Shown: positions 24,558-37,451 of the stretch, piece by piece
Layout of the letters: every line of letters starts with the position of its first letter
How positions within the stretch are numbered: the stretch's first letter is position 1
Assembly: GCA_964016885.1 (NCBI GenBank)
Contig: OZ024745.1
Span: forward strand, 99,386,001 to 99,450,000
DNA length: 64,000 nucleotides
Direction: 5' to 3'
Origin: Eledone cirrhosa
Taxonomy: Eukaryota
Translations under genes and position numbers: made by a program
Notes under the pieces: model-generated
Seen by the model: the letters and a program-made list of their open reading frames with translations, nothing else
Databases searched by the model: none
Told to the model about the DNA's origin: nothing

Positions 24558-25781
24558 CAAAAATGGAGCGCGCGCTCTTCCAATTCGTTTGGAAGAAGCG
24601 GGCTCCTTTGGGGAGAAGATCCATCTGCTGCCAACACCCTTCCAACGGAGGGCTGGGGATGCCGTGGCTGACGATGCGCAAACACGAGCTCAGGCTGCGG
24701 CATCTCTACGTATTCCTCACCGGACAACCGGTGTGGGTCCCGTTCGTGCGGCGAGCCTTCCCGAGACTCGTCTCGCTGACCGAGCTGCAGTCCTGAGTCA
24801 AGCAAAGACCGAGGAAAATGGGCGACTGGCACATCGAATGTGCTCAGGCGCTCACAGCCCTCTGGCAGGCGGACTCAGTGATCAGTGGAGACTCCACTTC
24901 GTCATTCTATAGAGGGTTGATCTGCAGCAAGTGCGACGACGCGCTCGGAGAAGCTCTAGGCGTAGAGTAAGACGAACTGGCCAGTCTGTTCGGTAGGACC
25001 TTCCGCCCGGGACCGATGGACAACTTCCAAAAGTCCCTGGCCTGGCAGTTCTACCGAGGAGCACTACCAGTTCGAGACAAGCTCTACAGACATGGGCACC
25101 CGGGCAGGAACCCTTCGAAAAAGATCTGTCCGAGATGCGTGCGAGACGAAGAAACCGTCGCGCACGCATTCATACACTGCCCGGGCGTTACCTACCTGTG
25201 GGGCTATGTAGAATGACTATTGTCACGGGTGGGACCAATCCGGTTGACCACCGAGTCCATTGTCATGATCAAACCACCACCCTACTTCAAAAACGAAGGA
25301 GAGGCGGTTTTCCTTTGTTTGATAGCTATGGCGAAAGAGGTTGTATGGTGGACGAGGTTAAAAGGGTTGAGATCAGACACCTTTCTCTCCGGCCAACAAC
25401 TGATTCTTTTTTTCAAATACCACTTTGGAAGAAGAATCAGGATGGAGAGAGAGGTGCTGTACCCCAGCAAGTTTTATGAAAGATGAGTGAAAGTGGCGAG
25501 AATGGCTTGAGTGAACGCGCCTTCTCTCTATATCAGCCTGTAGGTTAAGGAAAAAGAGGAAGAGAGGACAGGGGTACAAACTCTTCGTACTCTTGGAGAT
25601 GAGGGTTGCACATTTTTTCGGGGGTATGTGTTACCCATATGAAATGTCTCCCCCTATTGGAGAAAATCGATTAATTTTTAAATTGCATTTGTGATAGTAT
25701 TTTACACGTTTTTATTGTATGTAAACTTCCCCCTTTGTATTTTCCCCCTTCTTTTGTTCCCCTGTGGCTAATAAAGAAACA
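24558..25781 (+). mobile_element. 5'-truncated Tx1 (copy D)
   Basis: KMERALFQFVWKK...CPRCVRDEETVAHAFIHC...KEVVWWTRLKG, ending ctaataaagaaaca then (TATC)n. Confidence 0.92.
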
Positions 25782-25796
25782 TATCTATCTATCTAT

Positions 25797-26540
25797 GGGA
25801 ATTAAGTAACATTTTTCCCCCACAAAATCCGAAAATTGTCAAAAGTTAAAGGCTAAGAGCCAAAGGGTTCTCAGAATTCAAATGTTACTTAATTCCCTCT
25901 GTGTATATATTTATATATATATTTATCTATTTACTCATTCATTTATATATACACGCACTGTGTCTCGATTTTGGAAAGAATTTTTAGGATCTTTTAAGAA
26001 TTTCTCTTTAAGAATGATTTTTTGGAGAGAAAGTTTCTTTAAGGCTCCTTTTGAATGGTTCTTTTTGAAGGTTTTTGGAAGAGTTCTTTTAACTCTCTTA
26101 ACTCCTTTAATTTTTAAATTCTTGTATTCTGCAAATCCTTTGGATTTCAGCTCTTAACTTTTGCCAATTCTCTGAACTTTGGAGAGAGAAGAATTTTTTC
26201 TTTGTTCCCCTCTACAAAAGTAACTTTAACAGACAAACTATAAAAGCACACACACACAATTTTCGAAATTTTGTAGAAAAAAAATGTTACTTAATTCCCT
26301 CTGTGTATATATTTATTCATTTACTCATTCATTTTTATATATACACGCACTGTATCTCGTTTTTTGAAAAGATTTTTTAAGATCTTTTAAAAATTTCTTC
26401 TAAAGAATGATTTTTTTTGAGAGAAAGACCTCTTAAGGTATTTTTTGAAGTATTTTGGAAGAGTTCTCTTGACTCTCTTAGCTTCTTTAATCTTTAATTT
26501 TTAACTTTTAAATTTTTGGATTCGGGGAATCCTTTGCAAA
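25797..26540. repeat. Unclassified AT-rich repeat with a ~400-bp-period duplication
   Basis: aaatgttacttaattccctctgtgtatatattta occurs at ~25880 and ~26282. An inverted copy, gggaattaagtaacattt, is at 25797. Confidence 0.6.
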
Positions 26541-26559
26541 ATACACTATATATACATTC

Positions 26560-26607
<48 letters not shown>

Positions 26608-26614
26608 CTATATA

Positions 26615-26646
<32 letters not shown>

Positions 26647-26675
26647 ACTATATATATATGTATATATATATATAT

Positions 26676-26754
<79 letters not shown>

Positions 26755-26755
<1 letters not shown>

Positions 26756-28018
26756 TATTTAGGTTTGTTGGTTCACCATTGGATAGATCTGGTCATTCCG
26801 TATGGTCAATCTCGATGTAATATTATGGAGAGCACTCAACGTAATGCAACTCACCCGTCTTCGTTTGTGTAGTTCTCTGGCTACAATTAGAGAGAAATAA
26901 TCAGAGTATATAGAGGAGCCAGAACCAAATGGGAAAAAATGGTAAATAATGATACAAATGGGACCTGCCTCTTGTATGGGAGAAAATTTTGGAATAGAAT
27001 AGAAAGAACTAGGAATAAGGTTAATAAAATAAACTCATGGTATGATAGCAATAAATACCAGACTGTAATGTTCATCAATACAATCCCTAGAGGTGAACTA
27101 GCTTACAAATTTAGAAGGGCCCTAGATAAACTTAAACTAAATATTAAGATAGTGGAAAGACCAGGAACCTCCATAAAAACACTAATTAGTAATAAATACC
27201 CTTTTCAAAGACCTCTCTGTATAGATAGGAAATGCATAATCTGTAAGCTAAGCCACCATATTAACTGTAAAACTAAAAACATAGTATATAGCATAAGATG
27301 TACTGAGGGACAATGTAAAAATAAGAATATAATGTACATAGGTGAGACAGCTCGTAGCATAGGAGAACGATTAAATGAACACTGGCGAAAACTCCAAGAT
27401 AGAAAAGACTCATCAATACACCACCAACATGCTAAAATAGAACTTAAGAGCAAATTAGAGAACATAGAGATAAAAATAGAATCTACACAGAAAAGACGCA
27501 ATGCTTAGAACAAATCACAGAGGCAATAAATATAAATGAACCCCAACCAAAATTAAATAGAAAACATGAATGGAATAGCAACATCACAACTTATAATTAA
27601 GGACAAAAGGAAAACACACACACATAGAACAAACAACTAACTAGTAACATGTAAATAAACAAATAAAAACACACACAGACACCCGGATGTAACACATGCG
27701 CAAACTAAGCACACAACACACACAAGAACAAGATGGCGTAGGACAGAACAATGGAGAGTCACAAAACAAAGAAAAGAATCCCCAGTCACTGAAAAGGTCA
27801 CAGAATGTGTGACGAAAGAACTTTGACAATATATGGACAATATATGAACAACCATCCGGTTGTGGAACCAACCAAGCAACCGGAAATTTATAATAAATTG
27901 AAGTGAAACGACTGGCGAATGTGTTTCTTATTGGCAACATGACCCTCCCAAAGCATAACAATATCGGTTTCAACACACGTTTTCAGATAAAGAATCTTGC
28001 TAAACAAATTAAGAAACG

Positions 28019-28020
<2 letters not shown>
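26755..28020 (+). mobile_element. 5'-truncated PLE (GIY-YIG and 3'UTR) capped by an inverted family-Y tail
   Basis: ORF 26939-27508 has C-X4-C-X2-C and NIVYSIRC...MYIGETARSIGERLNEH. 26755-26874 is the reverse complement of ~35350-35468. A degenerate hammerhead lies at 27785-27827. Both flanks are (TA)n. Confidence 0.88.
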
Positions 28021-28060
<40 letters not shown>

Positions 28061-28204
28061 CGAAATGTTAAACAAGGTTCATTGATTATTCAATGAATAT
28101 AGATATACAATAGAATAAAATCACTCAACAAGGAAATTTTCTGGAGTTATTAATATTATTCAAAATATTAATAAATGCATAGATTCACATAATCAAAATA
28201 TATG

Positions 28205-28265
28205 TTTTATTATATATATTTCGGAGGCACTGTGTTATTTTTTCAGTACGTCCTCATCAGATAAA
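28205..28265 (-). ncRNA. Type I hammerhead ribozyme
   Basis: Mirror of 28469-28531 with the CTGATGA and GAAA core intact. Confidence 0.8.
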
Positions 28266-28468
28266 CTACATAAATTGATGTATGACATACATCAAGTATA
28301 CCACTCCTAATACTTATATCTCGCTAATTATCCCTCTCTATCATATTTAGTTTATCACACCTTTACTTGTGGTATATATATATATTGAGTTTTGTTGTAA
28401 TAAATCACTGCCAAGACTGGAATTGAACTATCAGCACAGTTAAGGTATGTCATACCTCAATTTATGTA

Positions 28469-28531
28469 TTTTATCTGATGAGGACGTACTGAAAACAACA
28501 ACACAGTACCTCCGAAATATATATAATAAAA
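28469..28531 (+). ncRNA. Type I hammerhead ribozyme
   Basis: ttttat-CTGATGA-ggacgtactg...cagtacctcc-GAAA-TATATA-TA-ataaaa. Confidence 0.85.
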
Positions 28532-28575
28532 CATATATTTTGATTATGTGAATCTATCCATTTATTAATATTTTT

Positions 28576-28801
<226 letters not shown>

Positions 28802-28825
28802 TATACATATATATATATATATGTA

Positions 28826-28863
<38 letters not shown>

Positions 28864-28887
28864 TATACATATATATATATATATGTA

Positions 28888-28933
<46 letters not shown>

Positions 28934-28961
28934 TATACATATATATATATATATGTATATA

Positions 28962-29000
<39 letters not shown>

Positions 29001-29003
<3 letters not shown>

Positions 29004-29211
29004 GGAACGAGTAGGACCCCGACGGTTGAGCTCAAGCCGTTTCGACGGCTAATTCTGGACTAAATGCATTTAGTCCAGAATTAGCCGGCGAAACGGCTTG
29101 AGCTCAGCCGTCGGGGTCCTACTCGTTCCTATTACCCACTCTACTACCCTAAGTATTGAGTACTTTGGTGCGTTATGGTCCACCTGGTTCCTTACCACAT
29201 TTCCTTCGTTA
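29001..29211. mobile_element. Family-X non-autonomous PLE foldback (~210 bp)
   Basis: About 65-bp arms are centred on aaatgcattt and followed by an ~80-nt tail. It is nearly identical in layout to 55470-55691. Confidence 0.85.
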
Positions 29212-29374
29212 TATATATATATATATATATATATAAAGAATGAATAATAACAGGTAGACATCATAAAAAGGTAATTTATTCCGTGTGCTTACAAGTGTTT
29301 CCACGGTGGTACTACAGCCTAGTTCCGCTACGTGCAAATTCACAAGTACTTGCAGAACTGGGATAATCCTATAC

Positions 29375-29419
<45 letters not shown>

Positions 29420-29421
<2 letters not shown>

Positions 29422-30027
29422 TGGCTGCCAACTCGTTTTCGAGTACGGCCACTACTTTATATCCATGTAGGAGAACCCCTACCGATGCGCTGAACGAGTG
29501 TGACTTTTTAGTCCAGCCAGCGACTTGAAAACTCTGGTACAAACACTACACCTGTGACAATTACTGACACATAGTGCTGGGCCCATGGTACCATGTGACG
29601 ACAAGTGCAGAGAGATCTCCAGATATAAAGCAATGCCTGTGCCGTGAAGCTTTTATAGTGAGCAAAGGCACTGCACAAAGCCAGTCCCACTCTCTTAACC
29701 AAGATGATATTTACCAAAAAGAAGAACAAGTCAACATCATTGGATACCATCAGGGTTGCAGGTGTTATATCAGAGTTTTCCTTCTCCTAGAATTCTGCCT
29801 TGACAAAGGCTAAGGGGTCATCTCTCCCGGTGATTTTGGATGGCCATTGACTCTTAAGAGCTCCTTTGCCCTTTGACAGGTTTTGTTTTTAGTCCTGCAG
29901 GATGTCCAAAGTCACCCACCTCACAAAGAAACCTTGGTGGGGTTGCCAGTTTAGTCGCCAACGACCCGACCATGGGACAGGTTGTACTGGGATACATGTT
30001 ACCAGTAGCACCAACTGGTGACCTGAC
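29420..30027. repeat. Dispersed non-coding repeat, probably LINE-UTR or SINE related
   Basis: Parts recur at 36900-37130, 37215-37315 and, inverted, at 38210-38400 (ggatggccattgactc...gtttagtcgccaacgac...catgttaccagtagcac). Confidence 0.6.
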
Positions 30028-30061
<34 letters not shown>

Positions 30062-30308
30062 CCAGCTTTTCATTCGAATATGATGCAAGATTCAGGCCTT
30101 TGTCTGACATCCAGCATTTTCGGATGATGGAACTGGGCCATTGAAATATGTAAAGTGTTTTCGCAGAATTAAAATTATAAGGTTTCCAGTCCGGCCTTCT
30201 GTTGTTGTTTTTGATGAATATTTCACTCCGTCCTGCATCAACCACGAGATACCATATCTACGATGGATGACCTGTATCACGTCGAGTGCTTTAATTCATC
30301 GCATCCTC

Positions 30309-30380
<72 letters not shown>

Positions 30381-30420
30381 GTGTGTGTGTGTGTGTTTGT
30401 CAGCGTGTCTGTGTATATAT

Positions 30421-30529
<109 letters not shown>

Positions 30530-30587
30530 TAAGATGTATGGTAGGTCGTATGTGAATCGCGATGATCACGTCTGACCTACCAAATAT

Positions 30588-33372
30588 GTTGGGGTCTATA
30601 TTCTAAGGGGGCTCTTTTATATTAGTTGTCGGGGTCAGGGATTGAAGGCTAAAAATCAGATAATATATAATTTACGCATTAACAGTAAACTAAAAGACTT
30701 GGGGTCCCTTAGAAGCACCTTAAAAAATCCCTCAATAAGTGCATAAAGCTTACAGGCTCCAATAAACCTACTAAACTAGAAGAAATTAAGAGGCTAATAA
30801 AATAAAAAATAAAAATATAAAGTTTCCCTAAAAAAATATATAAAGTTTCCTATGAAATTCCTTCGATAGAAAAAAGTTTTTTTCCGAAAGAAAAAAAACT
30901 TTCTTCCCCCGAGATCACGTTTACAAATTTCAGAAAACTTACGAAGTTTTGATATTCCCTACTAAGTTGAAAGAAACTAATCAATTAAAGGTTAATTCAA
31001 AGAGCCTTCTATAGTTCTCTCAGAAAAGGCCCCTTTAATATTTTTAATAGGAACCTCCCCCGAGAGACCCTTCGAAGAATTAAAATTTTAGAGAGCCTTT
31101 AAGGATATATATATAAAAACGAATTGAGGAAAACTATACATTAAAAGTTAAAAATTACGGTATTTGGGATATCCGAGGAATTTTCAAAGGGCTGCTTCAG
31201 CAGATACAACTTAGGCATAATAGATACAATAATTTAAGTAATTTAAGTAATTTAATCAATTTAATTAGATAGCAATTCAAAGAGTTTATCAAGTTGGGCA
31301 AGATTAAAGAGAGTGGTAAATAAGAAAATACATAAGCAAAAAGACAATAATTATAAAATGTATTTTTAAGAAGGTATAAGGTAGCTTCAGTAATCTAACA
31401 ATGTATTATCACAAAAAATTATTATTAAATTATTGATACAGGATTAACAAAGTCATAATAATATATATTCCTGCCTAATTAACAAGTAATCAAAACACTA
31501 TTAACAGTCAGGCAAAATTAGCTCAGGGATATCCCGCGCTCGGATACTTTACACACATACAGCAACACATAGGATTAGCACAGACACAATGGTATATTCC
31601 TGCCTAATTAACAAACAATCGATTAACAATTGATGGTCAAGAAAATGTACTCAGGGATATCCCGCGCACGGATATTTACATACATACAACAGGATGAACA
31701 GTACTGGTGACCGTGTGGGCGCGATATCCATTATGCGTATGTAGTCATCTGCATAGCTCCAGGCACAGCTGGTGTTGTTTAAAAGTTCATAGTTCACGGA
31801 TCAACTGGGATTCACTATCAGCTGCGTGGACTCTCTGGGAGATGTACCTGTGGTTCCAATAGCTAGTGGTTGCTGGGTGTGGTCCTTTCGATCTTTTAGT
31901 TTCAGGGGTTGCACGCTTTCGGCCGGTTCTAAGTCCAAGGTCTCGCTACATAGGATGTATTAGTCTACATGCCATATTGGTAGAAAAACCAGTGTGGATT
32001 TGACTGGGGTGGTATATTACGAACTCCAAGCCCACACGCGACTGGTCAAAAGCGAAGGGCTGTCCCCTCTTTGTTTGCTGTATGGGTCGGTTCCAGCTTA
32101 GATGGTGGTCGTGTTATCCATATTCCGTCAGCCCTGTATATTCAAGACAGATCAGGGTATATATTTGCGGGTATGGTCCGGCGTCTACGTTATCCAGAGG
32201 GTCTCACTTGTGGTACTTTCAAGTTCGCATGTCATCTCCCGTTAAGACTGCGCACGCCTCGGTGAATCTCATGCATGGAATCTTAGGGTATCATATTACA
32301 CGGGGTGACTAGCAGAAAATATACATTCTATGCTATCGCGCACGCGCTGGCCTGTGGCTACGACCATGTCCAGTCTCGGGTAGTAGCAGACAGCAAGTAG
32401 ACCAGCTAGACACACCCCTGTTCAAGGGGCACAACCCCTAACTTATCGAGTGGTCAGATTTCAAGGGAGTCAACTCTCCAAGCCCATTAAGTCGACTGTG
32501 GTAAAATACAAAAAATTCCTATTAGTAAAGAACTAATCACTGATAATAAAGAACTAACTCAAAAGAATGGGGAGGGGCATCTATTTGGGCGGGGGTTTAC
32601 TAAGGGAGGGGGTGGGGGTGAGTGGTTATAGGCAGGGAGCGGCCGCCATACTGGGTGTTTTGTTACTGTTTCCCTGGGCATGTTCTCGAGTTTGTTGACA
32701 TTGATTAAATTACTTAAATTACTTAAATTATTGTATCTATTATGCCTAAGTTGTATCTGCTGAAGCAGCCCTTTGAAAATTCCTCGGATATCCCAAATAC
32801 CGTAATTTTTAACTTTTAATGTATAGTTTTCCTCAATTCGTTTTTATATATATATCCTTAAAGGCTCTCTAAAATTTTAATTCTTCGAAGGGTCTCTCGG
32901 GGGAGGTTCCTATTAAAAATATTAAAGGGGCCTTTTCTGAGAGAACTATAGAAGGCTCTTTGAATTAACCTTTAATTGATTAGTTTCTTTCAACTTAGTA
33001 GGGAATTTCAAAACTTCGTAAGTTTTCTGAAATTTGTAAACGTGATCTCGGGGGAAGAAAGTTTTTTTTCTTTCGGAAAAAAACTTTTTTCTATCGAAGG
33101 AATTTCATAGGAAACTTTATATATTTTTTTAGGGAAACTTTATATTTTTATTTTTTATTTTATTAGCCTCTTAATTTCTTCTAGTTTAGTAGGTTTATTG
33201 GAGCCTGTAAGCTTTATGCACTTATTGAGGGATTTTTTAAGGTGCTTCTAAGGGACCCCAAGTCTTTTAGTTTACTGTTAATGCGTAAATTATATATTAT
33301 CTGATTTTTAGCCTTCAATCCCTGACCCCGACAACTAATATAAAAGAGCCCCCTTAGAATATAGACCCCAAC
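30588..33372. mobile_element. 2.8-kb element with 673-bp near-perfect terminal inverted repeats
   Basis: 30588-31260 and 32700-33372 are inverted copies; I saw one mismatch. The element is flanked by TAT on both sides, and there is no long ORF inside. Confidence 0.85.
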
Positions 33373-33558
33373 TATACAAGCCGAGCTGCTGATGTATACC
33401 ACAATTTCAAACTGCTAGCCTTGAGTGATACGTTGATGTAGATAATGATCTTACAGTCACATGTTGTATGCCTTGAAAAGTACCACCATGTGGTCGGACG
33501 AAACGGCTGTCGGCAATAAACTTGTTATAATGTCATAATTGTTCCTTTGTTCTTTTTC

Positions 33559-33664
<106 letters not shown>

Positions 33665-33718
33665 ATATATATAAAATAACAGGAGGCTGGACTGGTGTAA
33701 ATCCTTGAAAGGTTTATT

Positions 33719-33776
33719 ATACTATGATCATTTCAATGACCGGGTTCCGTATGAATCCGGTGATATCATCAGGTAT
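33719..33776 (-). ncRNA. Type I hammerhead ribozyme
   Basis: Minus strand: atac-CTGATGA-tatcaccgg...ccggtcatt-GAAA-TGATCA-TA-gtat. The mirror at 35213-35270 has a mutated core (CTGATAA). Confidence 0.8.
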
Positions 33777-33971
33777 TCGAAATATAACAAAGGAACATAA
33801 CAGATAAAATCCATGGGTCCGAAAATCAAAGACAAAGAGGACGACTGACCAATTAGCTGCTTTCACCTCGGTCAGTCGCCCTCAAGTGATGGTTACTCGG
33901 TCTACTAATGACCATCTGGTGAGGGGGCGGAGGCTTATAATGTACTACCACCTCTCCGTCAGAGAGAAAAA

Positions 33972-34052
<81 letters not shown>

Positions 34053-34127
34053 GAGAAAGAAAGTCAGCGTAAGGGTCACACTACAGTCAGGCTAGAAATC
34101 GCCGCGAGAAATGTTATTCCAAAGAAC

Positions 34128-34664
34128 CTATATCTTAACAAATGCATATATATGGGTGTCTGTATGGTCTAATGTGTGAACAGAAAATAGGAACGTTAAA
34201 CTTATGTTTAGAGTTATAGGATGAAATAAAATAAAAAAAATTCCCCTCTTTCGGTAAACGAAATTACTCGGAGCGGGTCGCTTCGCTCCGGGGCTCGCCG
34301 CGCCGCCTGTTTTGACTGCCATATTATACCTATAAACTCTAGGCCTAAGCATAACTATTAGCTGTATCATGCCTCCCTCTACTGGTACGTAAATAAACCC
34401 CCTCCTGTGTGAATTTATAGTATTCATTTGGTATTCGTTTGGTATAGACGATGGCCTGTTGAAGATGGTAGACTTCCCGCTAACACACCCGAAGCCTATC
34501 GCAGTTACGTTCCTAGAGTACTCGGAAAAATTAATTTCCATTTCTTTCGCTAGACGATACCACTCGAAACTGGCTGACACGTGGTTAGGAGGTGCTGGCT
34601 GGGATTTACAATCGAAAGCTTTTATCTTTACTCTAACCCCACCTTGATAACTTATCGAGATTCC
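34128..34664 (-). other. Unidentified ~180-codon open frame in the foldback core
   Basis: Stop-free from ~34664 (GISISYQGGVRVKIKAFDCK...FEWYRLAKEMEINFSEY...GFIYVPVEGGMIQLIVMLRPRVYRY). I recognise no motif. Confidence 0.3.
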
Positions 34665-34959
34665 CTATAATACACTTAAACGTTTTCATATAAGACTCTC
34701 TCTGTAATTTCATTAAATAAATCTCGCAACCCAAACCTTTAATTTTTTAATAATTAAAAAAAAAATTTTTTTTTTTTTTCTAAAATTTGATTTCATCCTA
34801 TAACTCTAAACATTAGTTTAACGTTCCAATTTTCTGTTCACACATTAGACCATACAGACACCCATATATATACCTCTGTTGAAATATAGGTTCTTGGAAT
34901 AACATTTTTCGCGGCGATTTCTAGCCTGACTGTAATGTGACCCTTACGCTGACTTTTCT

Positions 34960-35012
<53 letters not shown>

Positions 35013-35462
35013 TCTTTTTTTATTCTCTGACGGAGAGGTGGTAGTACATTATAAGCCTCCGCCCCCTCACCAGATGGTCATTAGTAGACCGAGTAGCCAT
35101 CACTTGAGGGCGACTGACTGAGGTGAAAGCAGCTAATTGGTCAGTCGTCCTCTTTGTCTTTGATATTCGGACCCATGGATTTTATCTGTTATGTTCCTTT
35201 GTTATATTTCGAATACCTGATAATATCACCGGATTCAAACGGAACCCGGTCATTGAAATGATCATAGTATAATAAACCTTTCAAGGATTTACACAAATCC
35301 AGCCTCCTGTTATTTTATTTATAATAATTAACTCCGTATTCGCACCACCAACTACACAAACGAAGACGAGTGAACTGCACGACGTTGAGTACTCTCCATA
35401 ATATTACATCAAGATTGACCATATGGAATGACCAATTCTATCCAGTGGTGAACCAACAAACC

Positions 35463-35504
<42 letters not shown>

Positions 35505-35814
35505 AATATGAAAACAAACGTGCTGCGTGGTTGCAAATGGGTTACATATGAATAAAGTTAGTCCTTCATCAATGATCTTCCAACCTTCATTGGTATTTCA
35601 TCGCTTTAAAGACCATATACCTCCGGTTGGTGCGAGCAACGGCTAAAGAAAGTCGTTGGGACACGTAAATAAGGGGAACGAGTGAGACTGTAAACAAACA
35701 AAGATGGTAAAGCAACGAAAAGTGAGGAAGAAAGAGTCAAGTCCCAGATTTCCCAAGTTCGGTGAAATCGTGAACGAGAGAGAATAAAGACCATCAAACG
35801 TAGTCGAAATGTGA

Positions 35815-35883
<69 letters not shown>

Positions 35884-35899
35884 TTGCTAATCATGTTAA

Positions 35900-36410
35900 G
35901 CAGAAATTACAGATTAGACACTCTGCCGCAATTTGTTGTTGTTGATGTTAGTGCTATTATCAAAAATATACGAAATCATTAAACATAGTTTGGATGCTGC
36001 CGGCTTTCAATCACGACTCGAACCGGTGGGGTTAGACCGAGAAGACAACAAAAGGCCAAATGACATCATAATCTTTTCGTTCCACGGCTTTAAACCCCTT
36101 TATCTTATCTACAGCATCCATTGACACATTCTCTAGCAGCAATCAGGTAAATTCAGTGATAGACTCAGGTTTCTTCCCCCGACAAGATGAAGATCACAAG
36201 CTATCGAAGTATCGGTCGTTTTATAAAATATTTATCATTGAAGCTATAGCGATAGAAACCTCCAGGCATTCTAGTCCCCGAACCATCTCTCTCTCGGCTG
36301 TTATTGGGAGGGAGTTGGCCACCCACATAAATGAATCCTGCGCATTGGAATGACGGCGTTACGTTTTTCAGTTCTGTATGGTGTAACCATGAGATATCAT
36401 CTACATGAGG
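35900..36410 (+). mobile_element. Degenerate CRE-like non-LTR element, restriction-like endonuclease region
   Basis: EIIKHSLDAAGFQSRLEPVGLDREDNKRPND...DTF...EDHKLSKY...IAIETS matches the RLE pattern LEP.GL.R.DGKRPDG...K..KY...P.A.ET.G. Confidence 0.75.
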
Positions 36411-36529
36411 TTCGGCACGTCACTGAAGTAGAACGAGCGAACGAAAAAATGTGACAATCTTCCTTGTCTGGTTTCTATTATTACCGTTGGCCACTACATA
36501 CACGCTTGCATGCATGAATACATACATAC

Positions 36530-36605
<76 letters not shown>

Positions 36606-37418
36606 ATTTGAATGGATACAGTTTAGTTGAAAGGAATTTATTGACACGTGTTTCTATAACAGTTACATAACCTGTAAACATATATATATATATACATACA
36701 TACATACGTATGTACATACATATATATATACAGACATGCATACATATATACATACAGACATACATACATATATGCATACAGACATACATATATACATACA
36801 GACTTACATGCATACATACATGATGGCTGCCCCCCACGTTATCGAGTATGGCCATTGCATGATATAACATTATTAATAATTATCAATTAATTTTATCGTG
36901 CAATGCCTGTGCGTGAAGATGTTTTTTAAAGTGAGGAAAGACTGTGCACTGAGCCAATCCCACTCTCTGAGCGGCAGTAGCTATAACCTGAAAAGAAGAA
37001 AAAGATCAACATCATCGGTAACTGCTGAGCCGCAGGTTTTATGTCGGAGTCATCCCAGTTCCCTGAGTTGCCGTCTCCTAGAAGAATGCCCTGACAAAGG
37101 GTAGGGGTCCTTCACTCCCAGTGGTTTAACCGCACGATCGGGAATCCAGCCCAATTATTTCTATATCCCCACACATATACATACATATGTACATGTGTAT
37201 ATACATATTTATGCATTTTTGGATGGCCATTGACTCCTATGAGTTCTTTCACCCTTTGTCAGGTTTTGTTTTTTGTCCTGCAGGGTGTCGAAAAATCACC
37301 CTCCTCACCAAGTAAACATACATACATACATACATACATACATACATACATACATACATACATACATACATACATACATACATACGTACATACATACGTC
37401 CATACATAGATAAGTACG

Positions 37419-37451
<33 letters not shown>

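Larger units (their letters stand above)
33673..35468. mobile_element. Family-Y PLE-derived foldback with ~550-bp arms and a non-PLE core
   Basis: 33673-34226 is inverted with 34789-35318. The right arm continues into a 150-nt tail, both arms carry hammerhead motifs, and both flanks are (TA)n. Confidence 0.85.
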
